A stretch of 64,000 nt of DNA from the sequence record OR896822.1; one strand, written 5' to 3'. This stretch comes from Salmonella phage vB_SenS-3. The notes beneath the pieces were generated by a model. The model saw only the letters and a list, made by a program, of their open reading frames with translations. It was not told the origin of the DNA and did no database searches. Made by a program: the position numbers and the translations under genes. Positions within the stretch are counted from its first letter, which is position 1; each line of letters starts with the position of its first letter. Below are positions 44,795-54,611 of this stretch, one piece after another.

Positions 44795-45116
44795 TTTTAG
44801 TGAATTAACCCTGCTGGACGAGTTTCTAGGTTTTGTTACTGAACGTGGGTTTATTAACGTAGACCACCAGACACTAGAAGTCCTTCAATCTATCCAGAAT
44901 AAAACTAAAACAGATCTGGAAGACTTATGGCGACCGCTTTCTGAGTTAACTCCTCTTAATATGAAAGTGATTATTAAAAATATTGAAACTGGTGAAGAAC
45001 GTGAGATGGTTCGTAAAGAACTGGCTAATAGTTATTCTCCAGAGTCCCTAGTGATGCATCATGACGATGAACCAGAAACACTTTGGACAGCCCATTATAT
45101 TTGGCGTCTGCCTTGA
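44784..45116 (+). CDS. hypothetical protein
   Basis: 110-aa ORF. Confidence 0.45.
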   Translation: MKLNFSELTLLDEFLGFVTERGFINVDHQTLEVLQSIQNKTKTDLEDLWRPLSELTPLNMKVIIKNIETGEEREMVRKELANSYSPESLVMHHDDEPETLWTAHYIWRLP

Positions 45117-45215
45117 TTGATTTAACAACTGTTACGGCAATCTTAATCTTCGGTTTAGTGGTTGCAGTTTTCATAATCGTTGAGCAGGCCAAAGTAATAC
45201 GGAGACTTAAAAACA

Positions 45216-45416
45216 ATGCTAAGACTTCTTAGTTCCAAGCTCTCCCAATCCATTTGGGAGTATTTTATAATTCTACCAGCTTTTATGTTAAGTTGTGCAA
45301 TCATTAACATTATGTATCAAGAAGCTGGTTGGACAGTCCAAGATTTCCACATTTCACAAGTTCTTCCCTTCATGTATGAAGGCGTTATCGCAGCAATAAA
45401 TGGAGTTCGTAAATGA
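45216..45416 (+). CDS. hypothetical protein
   Basis: 66-aa ORF. Confidence 0.35.
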   Translation: MLRLLSSKLSQSIWEYFIILPAFMLSCAIINIMYQEAGWTVQDFHISQVLPFMYEGVIAAINGVRK

Positions 45417-45880
45417 CAGCACTGCAAAGATTACAAAATTACTGGTTTGATGGCCAATTTAATGATTTATTCATCCAGTTGTTTGTCGAAACGAATGGAC
45501 GCTTTAACTACCGCTTCTTTAATACCTTCCATGAAACGAAGTTCTCACATACAGAGATTAATGCGGCGATTCAAGATCTCACCGGTTCTAAGGTAGTTCC
45601 TTATCGTGATGTAGATTTTGCACCTGACTGTTTTGGTTTTGAACTGTTCAAGAAAGCATATAAGTTCGGTAAGTTTGAAAATGCACGACATTGGGTTCAT
45701 GACTTCTGGTATAATACCGATATCGTTCCTAGCCGTGTACTGATCCTCAACTGGATTGCTAAACAACATCCGCCGAAAGCACAATCGGCATTCCTTCCAA
45801 CTGATACAGGAAACCTTTACCATGACACAAAAGAAAAATCCAGTGCTAGAGCAGATGAAGCAGTTGGAGAAGCAGATTGA
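45413..45880 (+). CDS. hypothetical protein
   Basis: 155-aa ORF. Confidence 0.45.
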   Translation: MTALQRLQNYWFDGQFNDLFIQLFVETNGRFNYRFFNTFHETKFSHTEINAAIQDLTGSKVVPYRDVDFAPDCFGFELFKKAYKFGKFENARHWVHDFWYNTDIVPSRVLILNWIAKQHPPKAQSAFLPTDTGNLYHDTKEKSSARADEAVGEAD

Positions 45881-46205
45881 GGAAGGAAGCGTTGATGGGC
45901 AGTCAATTGTCAATCATGCTTTCGATCTTACAGTAGGATGTGCTAATCCGCTGGTGGCAGGTGAAACAACAGATATTCTTGGGCTTTTAATGGCTGTTGG
46001 CCAGTTAATTGAGATTACCAAAGAAGAGTTAGACAAGGATGAAGAAGTAACTGTTCATGATGTTCTTGGTGCTCTAGATCTGATTGTTAATGCTTATGCC
46101 TATAAACGCCGCCACTCAATTGATGAATATCTAGTTTCTCGAGAGATTACCGAATCTCTTCTGGAAACCGCTGATATGGCCTTAAACGGCAAGCAACTTC
46201 ACTAA
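45822..46205 (+). CDS. hypothetical acidic protein
   Basis: In-frame ATG 45822 within track ORF 45756..46205; overlaps upstream gene. Confidence 0.35.
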   Translation: MTQKKNPVLEQMKQLEKQIEEGSVDGQSIVNHAFDLTVGCANPLVAGETTDILGLLMAVGQLIEITKEELDKDEEVTVHDVLGALDLIVNAYAYKRRHSIDEYLVSREITESLLETADMALNGKQLH

Positions 46206-46210
46206 TCCTA

Positions 46211-46240
46211 GAGGCCAGGACTTAATTGTTCTGGCCTTTC
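46211..46240 (+). terminator. rho-independent terminator
   Basis: AGGCCAG...CTGGCCTTTC. Confidence 0.55.
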
Positions 46241-46249
46241 GTGTATGCT

Positions 46250-46768
46250 ATGAGAGATAAAATAAACGAATTACTTTATGAGGAAGCATTACAATTCCCC
46301 ATAAATAGCTTCACTAAATCAGATGGATCTATTAATAGAACTAAGCTCAAACAACTTCATCCAGACTTCCAGCAAGACGCACTTAATCTTATCTTTATCA
46401 GGAGAGCTGTAGAAGCACATGGTAAGTTCTTTGGATATGAAAGAGTTAAGTATAGAACTATGCAGCAGCAGGTTGAGATCTATTGCCCAGATCACGATGG
46501 TTACTTCTTGCAAACTGCACGGTCTCACTTAGAAGGACATGGTTGCCGATTATGCGCTCATAAAGTTGTGACACGCTTAACAGAGTATGGAGTGTACACC
46601 GTACCAGCACCTTTCCACAAATTTGTAGTTGACGGTGAGCATATAATTTGGTATAATAAAGATCAAAAGTTAAAACAGGAGTTAAAGAAAGATGGAGTAC
46701 GTAGTCTGGTCAAACCCATTAGCTCTACTCTCCCACAAACTGTTCAAGACGACGTGGGGAAGGCATGA
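46250..46768 (+). CDS. hypothetical protein with Cys/His cluster
   Basis: ATG 46250; CPDHDG...HGCRLCAH. Confidence 0.45.
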   Translation: MRDKINELLYEEALQFPINSFTKSDGSINRTKLKQLHPDFQQDALNLIFIRRAVEAHGKFFGYERVKYRTMQQQVEIYCPDHDGYFLQTARSHLEGHGCRLCAHKVVTRLTEYGVYTVPAPFHKFVVDGEHIIWYNKDQKLKQELKKDGVRSLVKPISSTLPQTVQDDVGKA

Positions 46769-46976
46769 AGTCTTTATAGATACAAATCCTTATCCAAATA
46801 GCCCTCCATTAGTTCCTACATTATTTAAGGTAAAAATTGATGGTAAAGAATATTTACTAGATTCTTTTGGGCATGAGTTTGTAATAGAAGCTGTAGAAAA
46901 TAATAGTATCTCTATGCGTGAAGTAATTAATAGAGTAGCCACCTTTGATAAGAGTTGGATGTTAATCTGGGGTTAA
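46692..46976 (+). CDS. hypothetical protein (start uncertain)
   Basis: Track ORF with 77-nt overlap on upstream gene. Confidence 0.3.
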   Translation: MEYVVWSNPLALLSHKLFKTTWGRHEVFIDTNPYPNSPPLVPTLFKVKIDGKEYLLDSFGHEFVIEAVENNSISMREVINRVATFDKSWMLIWG

Positions 46977-47202
46977 TATGGAAATTATAGTAAGTGTCTT
47001 AGTAGTTATGTTATTCATCGTAATACTCGTATCTTTCGCTATTATGCGTAGAACTAGCAGCAGATCTAACAAAGTTACGTGGCGAAGTAGCTGGTTTTAA
47101 ACTACAACGTGAAGCTCTCAAGTTATTCGTGGCTCAAGGTAGCCTAGAACATAAAGCGGAAGACTTTATCGTATATCTTAAACATTACATGGGAATCAAA
47201 TA

Positions 47203-47388
47203 ATGGAAACATTACTTCTTGTATTACTAGGCGGCTCACTCTTAACCATCCTAGGCTTGATAATTGTGTGCAGTCGCCTCAATACTAAGAATCTAGAGTT
47301 AATCTGTGAGAATGAAATTCTCAATAATGAACTCTTTCAATATAACATCGCAGCTCATAAACTGTTAGACAAACTGGAGAATATATAA
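47203..47388 (+). CDS. hypothetical membrane protein
   Basis: 61 aa, N-terminal TM. Confidence 0.35.
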   Translation: METLLLVLLGGSLLTILGLIIVCSRLNTKNLELICENEILNNELFQYNIAAHKLLDKLENI

Positions 47389-47993
47389 TGTTTACACAAC
47401 AACCTATTCAAGTAGTACCGGATCATGAACTGAACACATGGGATTATAGCTTTAAAGATTTAACTGCTACTGTACAATTCAAATCTATGAAGCTAACATT
47501 TGCACACAATGACCTTAGAGCATGTAAAGATCTTGAGGGTAAGCTCGAAGATGCTCGCAAGATTTTTGGTAAGGCCCGCATCCCGGCGGATAATCTGATT
47601 AATGCACTGATCGATGCAGGATACAAACTCGTGAAGACTGAGGTGAACCGCCCGAGTACTACAACTATTCCTCGTAATGACCCTTGGCATATTACTGCAC
47701 TGACTAATTCTGATAAAAGATTAATGTCTGATATGCACAATGTTCCTTGTGGTGGCGTGGTAAGCAATACGCAATCATATAAGTTTGGGGAGGATTGCAG
47801 TCCTTCTGTACAATTGAAACATACTCAAGAAGCTCTTGAATCTGATATGCGAAGCGTAGCACCAGCGGATACTGGAGTTTCTAGGAACTCATACACCATT
47901 CATCTGAGTACACCATCTAGTAGAAATGAGAGCTTTGCTGATGCAGTTATGGAAGCTCTTGTTGATCTGACTAATAGTAAGGGTTTTAATTAA
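47388..47993 (+). CDS. hypothetical protein
   Basis: 201-aa ORF. Confidence 0.5.
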   Translation: MFTQQPIQVVPDHELNTWDYSFKDLTATVQFKSMKLTFAHNDLRACKDLEGKLEDARKIFGKARIPADNLINALIDAGYKLVKTEVNRPSTTTIPRNDPWHITALTNSDKRLMSDMHNVPCGGVVSNTQSYKFGEDCSPSVQLKHTQEALESDMRSVAPADTGVSRNSYTIHLSTPSSRNESFADAVMEALVDLTNSKGFN

Positions 47994-48343
47994 TGGAACT
48001 AGTTACTGAATTTACTATAGGCCACTGCAAGGTGGCTTTTCTCAATGAAAAGTCTTTTAATAACGAAGAAACTATTGGGATCTTTGAAATTAAGGAGGAT
48101 GAATATGAACGTGTGGAAAGGCTAGCGTATTTATTCTTTGCTGATGGTCATTTAATGAATGATCTCAAAGAGCTAGTATTTAGGCTGCCAAAAGATATAC
48201 CTTTCACAGCTAGAAACATGTCTCATATTGTTGCTCAACTAAATCTAATATGGATTAAATTAGATCCCGCTATAGATAGAGTCATAACATTAAAAGAAAG
48301 ACCAGTTAAAAAATTTACAGGTGATCAAGCCTGTGATATCTAG
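47993..48343 (+). CDS. hypothetical protein
   Basis: 116-aa ORF. Confidence 0.45.
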   Translation: MELVTEFTIGHCKVAFLNEKSFNNEETIGIFEIKEDEYERVERLAYLFFADGHLMNDLKELVFRLPKDIPFTARNMSHIVAQLNLIWIKLDPAIDRVITLKERPVKKFTGDQACDI

Positions 48344-48354
48344 TAATAAAGCAT

Positions 48355-48377
48355 GAGCCTCTACGGAGGCTCTAAAA
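48355..48377 (+). terminator. hairpin terminator candidate
   Basis: GAGCCTC TACG GAGGCTC then TAAAATAAAAA. Confidence 0.5.
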
Positions 48378-48419
48378 TAAAAAGAAGGTCACAATGACCT
48401 TAAAAACGAGATATAACTA

Positions 48420-49301
48420 ATGTATAACTTTAAAGATAAACTAAGACAAAATGCTGGTAAAGGAAAAGCTAAAGAGAACAATAATATTCCTAGTGCTAAA
48501 ATATTACCTTTTCCTGAACTAACACAGGAAGAAAAAGATAAACTAGCATTTATGTTCGATGCACTTATAGGATTAAGTGGACGCCTATATTCCACTCTTA
48601 GTATTAATGAGAAACGTCTAGTAGAGATGTTCTGCAAACGTTATCAAGTTACTTCAAAAGGTAACTCTTATAAAGAAGGTGAAAAAGCATTCACAGTCTT
48701 AAAAATCAGTGCGTATGCACATCGTTTCTTAGTTTATGGATTACAGATGGAATACTTCACCCTCCCACCATTTAAATCATTCCATATCTTTGAGGATGAA
48801 CGAATGAATATTGATGATCTTTATGGAGATACGTACAAATATTCAGGAAGCCCATTCCATGATGCATTAAGAAGCTACCCTACTAGTTACCTACCAGTTA
48901 GAGCATCACAAGGCAAAGCTAGCATCTTTGCTGTATACTCAGGATCTAAAGCATCTGATCTAGAAACTTATATATTTAAAGAGCGTAAATCTGCAATTCC
49001 AGATGAAGCATTATATAATAATCCACTTCTTCCAGAAGAACCGGAGAAAATTGATGTAACTCCCCCAACCCCATCCGAATCTCAATATTTAGTCTATGAA
49101 AAACAAGTTAAGTTGTCTCTAGACATTGGGTTGGTTACACCGCTTGCTGCAGCATTCATAAATAAGTATCTAGAAATTCCTGACGAGTTCCATGCACGTT
49201 ATAACACGAATATTCAGATCACAGATGAACTAGTTGCATTAGCAAAAGATACACCTACTGACACTGAGGCGTATCAAAAAGCATACCAAGAGTTACTGTA
49301 A
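48420..49301 (+). CDS. hypothetical protein
   Basis: 293-aa ORF, last + strand early-type gene before repeat region. Confidence 0.5.
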   Translation: MYNFKDKLRQNAGKGKAKENNNIPSAKILPFPELTQEEKDKLAFMFDALIGLSGRLYSTLSINEKRLVEMFCKRYQVTSKGNSYKEGEKAFTVLKISAYAHRFLVYGLQMEYFTLPPFKSFHIFEDERMNIDDLYGDTYKYSGSPFHDALRSYPTSYLPVRASQGKASIFAVYSGSKASDLETYIFKERKSAIPDEALYNNPLLPEEPEKIDVTPPTPSESQYLVYEKQVKLSLDIGLVTPLAAAFINKYLEIPDEFHARYNTNIQITDELVALAKDTPTDTEAYQKAYQELL

Positions 49302-49310
49302 GATCCTGCA

Positions 49311-49340
49311 AGTCTCGGTGCACAATACCTGTACCGAGAC
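49311..49340 (+). terminator. hairpin after last early gene
   Basis: GTCTCGGT...ACCGAGAC 8-bp stem. Confidence 0.45.
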
Positions 49341-49829
49341 TCAAATACAAACTCTCGTTGACAGATAACTAAATGTATGTTATCATAACTCTATGAGTTA
49401 ATAAAATTAACCATTTAGAGTTGCCACACAGAAGGTGTGGTGGTTCAGGAATCTTAAATTACTGACTTGTAGCGTAGGTTACGGAGCGACAGGACAAGTC
49501 AACAGGTAATTTAATAAAGATTACTAGAAACATCACGAGACCTTCTGGCGGGGGCAAAGCTCTATATGAGAACCCTGGGGGATCTTATACTTATATAAAA
49601 ACTAATACTGTTGAATAGATAAATTAACGTTCAAGATGATACACTCGGTTGCCGCTCATCTGCTAGGATGGCACAACACTTTCTTCTAGACTCCTAAGTT
49701 TCTAGGAGAACTCTCGTCAACTCAGGCGGTTTTCATTGTTCCTAGAAACTCTAGCAATAGGCGGTTAATACAGGGCGGTTATAGGGAGGGCGGTTATTTC
49801 TAGGAGTCATTTTTTGAAAACACATTTCT

Positions 49830-50445
49830 GGAGATTGCTATCGGATTTGCACATTATGTTTCTAGAAATTTATGGTCGGATTTGCACAATTGCCTAAGTT
49901 TTTAGGAACATATAATCTCCCGAAAATAGCAGCATTATTTCGGGCCGAAGGCCCATGATTGCCTGAGTTTTTAGAGCCACAGGAATTTTCACTTGTCAAG
50001 CTATTTTGCCCCATTTTGCTAATAAAATTTCGCTTTATCTCCCCCAATCTCAATTCTAGCCAAAACATCCCGCATTATCCCCAAAAACGCAGCAAACCGG
50101 TGCTAAAGCACCATCACCGCTGCTCCTTCCGTAGTTACTCCCAAAATCTCATCGGATTCGCACTTCTCCCCAAACCCACACAATCACACACCCTCCAATC
50201 GAAGTCACAAAAATCTTGTCGGATTCGCACACCTTAACACTTGTCGGTTTTGCACATATTCTAGTAAATCCAGCTGGATTGCATCGCAGTTGCGGATTGC
50301 TAGAGTTTTTAGGAAAATTCATTGTCGGATTCGCACACTATAAAAATATTTGCCATCGGATTTGCACACTACCAAAAATTGTCGGATTCGCACATGCACG
50401 CTGGCACGTAATCCGTGGGGGCAAATGTCGGATTTGCACAAAAGC
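49830..50445. repeat. iteron array: about 9-10 copies of TCGGATT(C/T)GCACA plus TTTCTAGGAG-like and GGCGGTTA repeats
   Basis: Copies near 49843, 49876, 50146, 50220, 50245, 50326, 50353, 50379, 50428; motif resembles a degenerate DnaA box (ATTTGCACA). Confidence 0.8.
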
Positions 50446-50464
50446 GCAGGGCAAATAGAAAATG

Positions 50465-50640
50465 CCCTGCCTGCCGAAATGCGAATGATAATGAGATTGA
50501 TTCGCATTTGAGAAGTTGAATGCGAATGATAATGATTCGCGTTTAGAAAGGGGAATGAGAATGGTTATCCTTTACAGAGTTGAATGCGAATGAGTTGCGT
50601 AATGAGAATGATTCGCATTTAGAAAGGGAAGTGAGAAACA
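50465..50640. repeat. cluster of GAATGCGAATGA / ATTCGCATT inverted and direct repeats
   Basis: At least four TGAATGCGAATGA-like units alternating with ATTCGCATTT/ATTCGCGTTT. Confidence 0.75.
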
Positions 50641-50652
50641 CTATTATTTAAG

Positions 50653-50661
50653 TTATCCACA
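50653..50661 (+). promoter_or_regulatory. consensus DnaA box TTATCCACA
   Basis: Exact 9-mer; TTATCAACA variants follow at 50715-50740. Confidence 0.5.
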
Positions 50662-50742
50662 GGTTTATTAACAGCACGATCTGACTTGACAAAATCCTAG
50701 TGATTTTGAGGCGTTATCAACAGACTTATCAACAGGTTATTC

Positions 50743-50762
50743 TACTGTATATTTATACAGTA
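50743..50762. repeat. 20-bp perfect palindrome TACTGTATATTTATACAGTA (core also at 54516)
   Basis: Self-complementary; CTGTATATTTATACAG core recurs at 54516-54531. Confidence 0.8.
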
Positions 50763-50792
50763 TTACTGCGTAGTGAATAACTCTAATATAGC

Positions 50793-50822
50793 TCTAAAAC
50801 GCTCTGTAACTCATTCTAAGCG
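50793..50822 (+). repeat. 30-bp direct repeat copy A (TCTAAAACGCTCTGTAACTCATTCTAAGCG)
   Basis: 29/30 identical to 54942-54971, same orientation. Confidence 0.8.
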
Positions 50823-50907
50823 ATTTAATTTTGGAGGAGGTATTTTAATAGGGGGAATTTGAGGAAGGCCAGAAAAAGCGGGGCCAGATAGTTGCACCCC
50901 GTTATTA

Positions 50908-51102
50908 TTAGTCTGGTAGTCGATGTGTGATCTTTTCGCTTTCGCCGTAGGAGTCTACCAAATGTTGATAGTAACCATCGTTATCATAAATCACTTTATC
51001 ATAATCGCCACGCTCCACCGCTTGCCGATTTTCCAGCGTATCAGGCACAAAGAAAGTATCAACGGTAACAGTAGTTTTAGTTACAACAATTTTATCACTC
51101 AT
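50908..51102 (-). CDS. hypothetical protein
   Basis: 64-aa ORF, minus-strand block. Confidence 0.3.
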   Translation of the reverse strand: MSDKIVVTKTTVTVDTFFVPDTLENRQAVERGDYDKVIYDNDGYYQHLVDSYGESEKITHRLPD

Positions 51103-51232
51103 AACGCCATCGCTCCTAGAATGAGAATGATTATCAATATCATTGTAAAGCCATTACCAAATCGTAAACGCTGGGAATGTTTCCCAGCGGTATTATTAGA
51201 TTTATGGCTTTGTGTTTTTCGCCACCAGCTAT

Positions 51233-51445
51233 TCACGGTTTTAAATTCTCTATAGTTAATTTTGCGCGAATAGTGATTCCATATAATTCGCCTCCCTTGT
51301 TTCTTACATCAGGTAGCCAGTCCCACAATTCAGGGTATCCGCTTAAAATTCCTAGCGATGCAAGATTAGCAATAAAACCGGCTATAGTAACCGCTTCCAG
51401 TGAAATAGTTACACGATTATTAATAACTAAAGTAAACTTTTTCAT
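51233..51445 (-). CDS. hypothetical protein
   Basis: 70-aa ORF, minus-strand block. Confidence 0.35.
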   Translation of the reverse strand: MKKFTLVINNRVTISLEAVTIAGFIANLASLGILSGYPELWDWLPDVRNKGGELYGITIRAKLTIENLKP

Positions 51446-51786
51446 TGCGCCACCTTTCGAAACGCTGTTTCGATACTTTCAGCGGTTGATTGAATATACG
51501 CGCCTTTCATAATCAGGCGCTCTGTACACACTTTGCGGAAAATGTCAATAAATTCATTTTCATTTTCCGCTATTAACGCTTCCCCCATAACCTGAACGTC
51601 ACAAGACCCAAAAGTTAAAAATTGAAATGCTAGTTCACGGGCGACAACGGCAGAAATTTTATAATGTGCTTTGCCCTCATAGATATTAACCACGCCTTTA
51701 TAAACTGGTGAAAGCTGATTTAAATAGTTTGCTAATAATGCCGGACGGCAATTAGTAATAAAGCGATTGCCCTCATAAATTACCAT
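51442..51786 (-). CDS. hypothetical protein
   Basis: 114-aa ORF, ATGA-type overlap with downstream ORF. Confidence 0.4.
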   Translation of the reverse strand: MVIYEGNRFITNCRPALLANYLNQLSPVYKGVVNIYEGKAHYKISAVVARELAFQFLTFGSCDVQVMGEALIAENENEFIDIFRKVCTERLIMKGAYIQSTAESIETAFRKVAQ

Positions 51787-51909
51787 CTGCCAACCTCCCT
51801 AGCAAATAGCCAAAACAAATCGAATAAACGCCTAACAGTGCAGGATCACTTTTAAAGTAGGTAGCAATAAAGCCACCAGCAGCACCGAGCAAAATAGAAA
51901 ATAAAGTTT

Positions 51910-52122
51910 TCATAATACCCCACGAAACGCAGCGTAAAAGGTGGCAAAGTGTTTAACCGTTTCGGCTACCAAATTGCCGCGCTTGTCAAATTTCTTTTCT
52001 GTAACACGGAAAGCGTTTTTGTTGCGTGCTACATATTCGATTTTACAATCTGGACGCTCGAACGTGTTAACATCCACCAGCTTAAAACCTTTGGAACGGG
52101 CAAGGGAAACATTCTTTAACAT
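51910..52122 (-). CDS. hypothetical protein
   Basis: 70-aa ORF. Confidence 0.35.
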   Translation of the reverse strand: MLKNVSLARSKGFKLVDVNTFERPDCKIEYVARNKNAFRVTEKKFDKRGNLVAETVKHFATFYAAFRGVL

Positions 52123-52124
52123 TT

Positions 52125-52274
52125 TTATTCCCCTTTACCAGTCATACAGCCTAACAAGTAAGAAAACCCCGCGATACCTGCTCCGATAATAACCACGTGA
52201 ACGCCGAAAGCTATTACAAACAGCGATAAAATAGCGCCCAAGATACTAGCCAGAATAGATCGAAAAATAACCAT
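52125..52274 (-). CDS. hypothetical small membrane protein
   Basis: 49-codon ORF with AGGAGG RBS; hydrophobic; below ORF-track cutoff. Confidence 0.3.
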   Translation of the reverse strand: MVIFRSILASILGAILSLFVIAFGVHVVIIGAGIAGFSYLLGCMTGKGE

Positions 52275-52381
52275 TTTAACGCCTCCTAGAAATTAGGGAA
52301 AATTTTCAGTCCACCGTTTCGGTGTAAAGGCATTATAACAAAAAAGGCCGCCGATTAGGGCGACCTTTACAAAACTTTACA

Positions 52382-52876
52382 TTAGACTATTTCTAGTGCT
52401 TCCACGCCGAAACAGCGTTTTAATTCTTTCTGTAAAACGGCATATTCATCCCAACGGGAATTATCAGGAATATAAACAAGCTGTTTTAGTCGATTTGCAT
52501 ATAATAACGCCTTGTTACCAATTATTTCCGCGCCACCGTGTTTAATAATTAGTTTCATAACGGTATTAATAGGATCGCCGCCATTTACATAAGTACCGGA
52601 CTTACTCAATTGATAATGATAAAGACTCGCATATACATTATCATTTTCAATCCATTCCCCTGTTTCTTCATCTTCTTCCCCATCGCTACCGAAACGAGAA
52701 GCATTATCATATGCGTGTTCGTTTGCGAAAGCGTCCAGATCACAGCCAGCGGGAACAAAATGTTCCTCCGTCCAGCCTTCCCCACAATAGCCAGTGTGAC
52801 AATCAACTAAAACGATCATATCGTGTTTAGCTTCATTCACACTTTCTAGAGAAAAGCCATATTTTTCTTCTGACAT
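52382..52876 (-). CDS. hypothetical acidic protein
   Basis: 164 aa with Asp/Glu-rich stretch SDGEEDEETGEWIEND. Confidence 0.45.
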   Translation of the reverse strand: MSEEKYGFSLESVNEAKHDMIVLVDCHTGYCGEGWTEEHFVPAGCDLDAFANEHAYDNASRFGSDGEEDEETGEWIENDNVYASLYHYQLSKSGTYVNGGDPINTVMKLIIKHGGAEIIGNKALLYANRLKQLVYIPDNSRWDEYAVLQKELKRCFGVEALEIV

Positions 52877-52889
52877 AACTAGACTCCTA

Positions 52890-53198
52890 TTAATTAGCAG
52901 GGAAATAAAGAGAATTTGCTACACTGTAAAATCCTTTATTTAAGAAAATTACGTCATCACGGACTATTTCATCCATTCCATAATCCAGCAAAGTTTCGTC
53001 TACAAAAATACATAGCCAGCCATAACCACGATCAAAGAAAGCATGATAATTATTAGCGCTTTCTACATGTTCCCATAAAAAGGGACGGCCTTGTTTTTCC
53101 CATATAGGAATATTGCTTTGATCGTCCGAATAATTAACATGGGGGCTATTCGGCATTTTTTCGGCTAATTGCGTCAACATGATTTGATTCAGTTGCAT
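52890..53198 (-). CDS. hypothetical protein
   Basis: 102-aa ORF. Confidence 0.45.
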   Translation of the reverse strand: MQLNQIMLTQLAEKMPNSPHVNYSDDQSNIPIWEKQGRPFLWEHVESANNYHAFFDRGYGWLCIFVDETLLDYGMDEIVRDDVIFLNKGFYSVANSLYFPAN

Positions 53199-53264
53199 AA
53201 TAAGTAGTCTCCTAACAATTAACAGGGAAATAGTAAAGCGGGAAATAATCCCCGCTAGTAATTA

Positions 53265-54266
53265 TTACTCTGTTTCGGCGCTTTGGGTAAAGGTAGAAAT
53301 GTCAATGCCTTTTACCATTTCATCGATCATTTCAGCAATATTGAAACTCTGTACCATTTCCAGCATTGCCGCTTCCATTGCCGCGCCTGCTACCGCTTTC
53401 GCTTTCGCATTAGTCGGGGCGTACTGGTCAACCGCTACGCTTAACAGGTTAGCGATCACTACGCGACCGATCGGCGTATCGATATAACCTTTAATCATAA
53501 ACGGCGCTTTTTTCGCCGCTACTTTTGTGATTTGAGTCAGTGCAATTTTACCCGCTTCCAATTTAGCAGCGTTAACAACGGCGGATTTATTAGCGGCAAC
53601 GATAGAAGATACTTTAGACATAATATTTCCTTTATTTTCAGTAGTTTGCGCATTTGCGCTTGAAGTTTGAGATTGTACAGCCTGTTTTGTTACATTGTCA
53701 AGCGATTTTAATGTAAATCCAGCGTTTGCAACGTTTGATTCATTCCCATACTCTAAATAATCGTTAGGAATCAACATGTTACCGCTAGCGCGTTCAAAAC
53801 ACAATACGCCAGTTGTTTCGATTGCGTCACTATCCGCACCTTTATAACTGGATGATAATTCACGCCAGATACTATTTAATAACGATCCGACACTATCCAG
53901 TCTGATATTATTTACTTTTGTTGCTGTTACCTGCTCTTTTTCTTGCACGTTATATAATCGCGCAATGTAACCACTATGAGACTCACTATAACCAACAATG
54001 ATAAAATCAATATCAGTTCCCCGACTATTACGGAAAATGTGATAATCACGGTTGAAAATTACTAGCGCCCTTGTCTGGTCTAGTAATAGCGTGAAATCAT
54101 CGACTGAATAATGAGTATCATTATTATCTAAAATTTCATCGTGAATCTTTTCAACCATTGCCGCCGTATGTTGTACGCTTGCCACACTACTACCATCTAG
54201 CAGGTTGCGCAAACTACCCTTAATAATAGTGGCGTTTGCTGGTACTGCAATTCTTACAGTAGACAT
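53265..54266 (-). CDS. hypothetical protein
   Basis: 333-aa ORF, first gene of minus-strand block, Ala/Lys-rich C-terminal half. Confidence 0.5.
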   Translation of the reverse strand: MSTVRIAVPANATIIKGSLRNLLDGSSVASVQHTAAMVEKIHDEILDNNDTHYSVDDFTLLLDQTRALVIFNRDYHIFRNSRGTDIDFIIVGYSESHSGYIARLYNVQEKEQVTATKVNNIRLDSVGSLLNSIWRELSSSYKGADSDAIETTGVLCFERASGNMLIPNDYLEYGNESNVANAGFTLKSLDNVTKQAVQSQTSSANAQTTENKGNIMSKVSSIVAANKSAVVNAAKLEAGKIALTQITKVAAKKAPFMIKGYIDTPIGRVVIANLLSVAVDQYAPTNAKAKAVAGAAMEAAMLEMVQSFNIAEMIDEMVKGIDISTFTQSAETE

Positions 54267-54515
54267 TTCTTTGTCTCCCTCGTTAATCGGTGAGTGAATG
54301 ATATAGATAATTGTTCGCTAGGGGCAAGAAAAAAGAAAAGGTTTTTTATTCCTTGCCTACTGCCCGTTTTTATGATAATCGCGCGTTTTCTATTTCTAGC
54401 TCTCTGTAAGCGTACACAAGGCTTTATTATAATAAGGGTAGCAGTGAGAAAACGCCGTGTAGCGCGTTCTAGGCCGCTTAAATTTGATTGCGGTTGTTAC
54501 TGCTACCATTCTACC

Positions 54516-54531
54516 CTGTATATTTATACAG
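54516..54531. repeat. palindrome core CTGTATATTTATACAG (second copy)
   Basis: Identical core to 50745-50760. Confidence 0.8.
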
Positions 54532-54553
54532 TAGGATAACCTGTATATAAGTC

Positions 54554-54611
54554 TGTGGATAAGTCACCAAAACGTCGCCTATTGCGTCAAGTTATTTTGT
54601 GCTGTGGATAA
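54554..54611 (-). promoter_or_regulatory. two DnaA boxes in minus orientation (TGTGGATAA at 54554 and 54603)
   Basis: Reverse complements of TTATCCACA; a third AGTGGATAA at 54888. Confidence 0.5.

Noticed and set aside
49830-50445. Possible CRISPR array
   Set aside because: Repeat units are only about 13 bp, imperfect, irregularly spaced (20-70 bp) and mixed with other repeat families. This pattern fits an iteron/DnaA-box array, not CRISPR.
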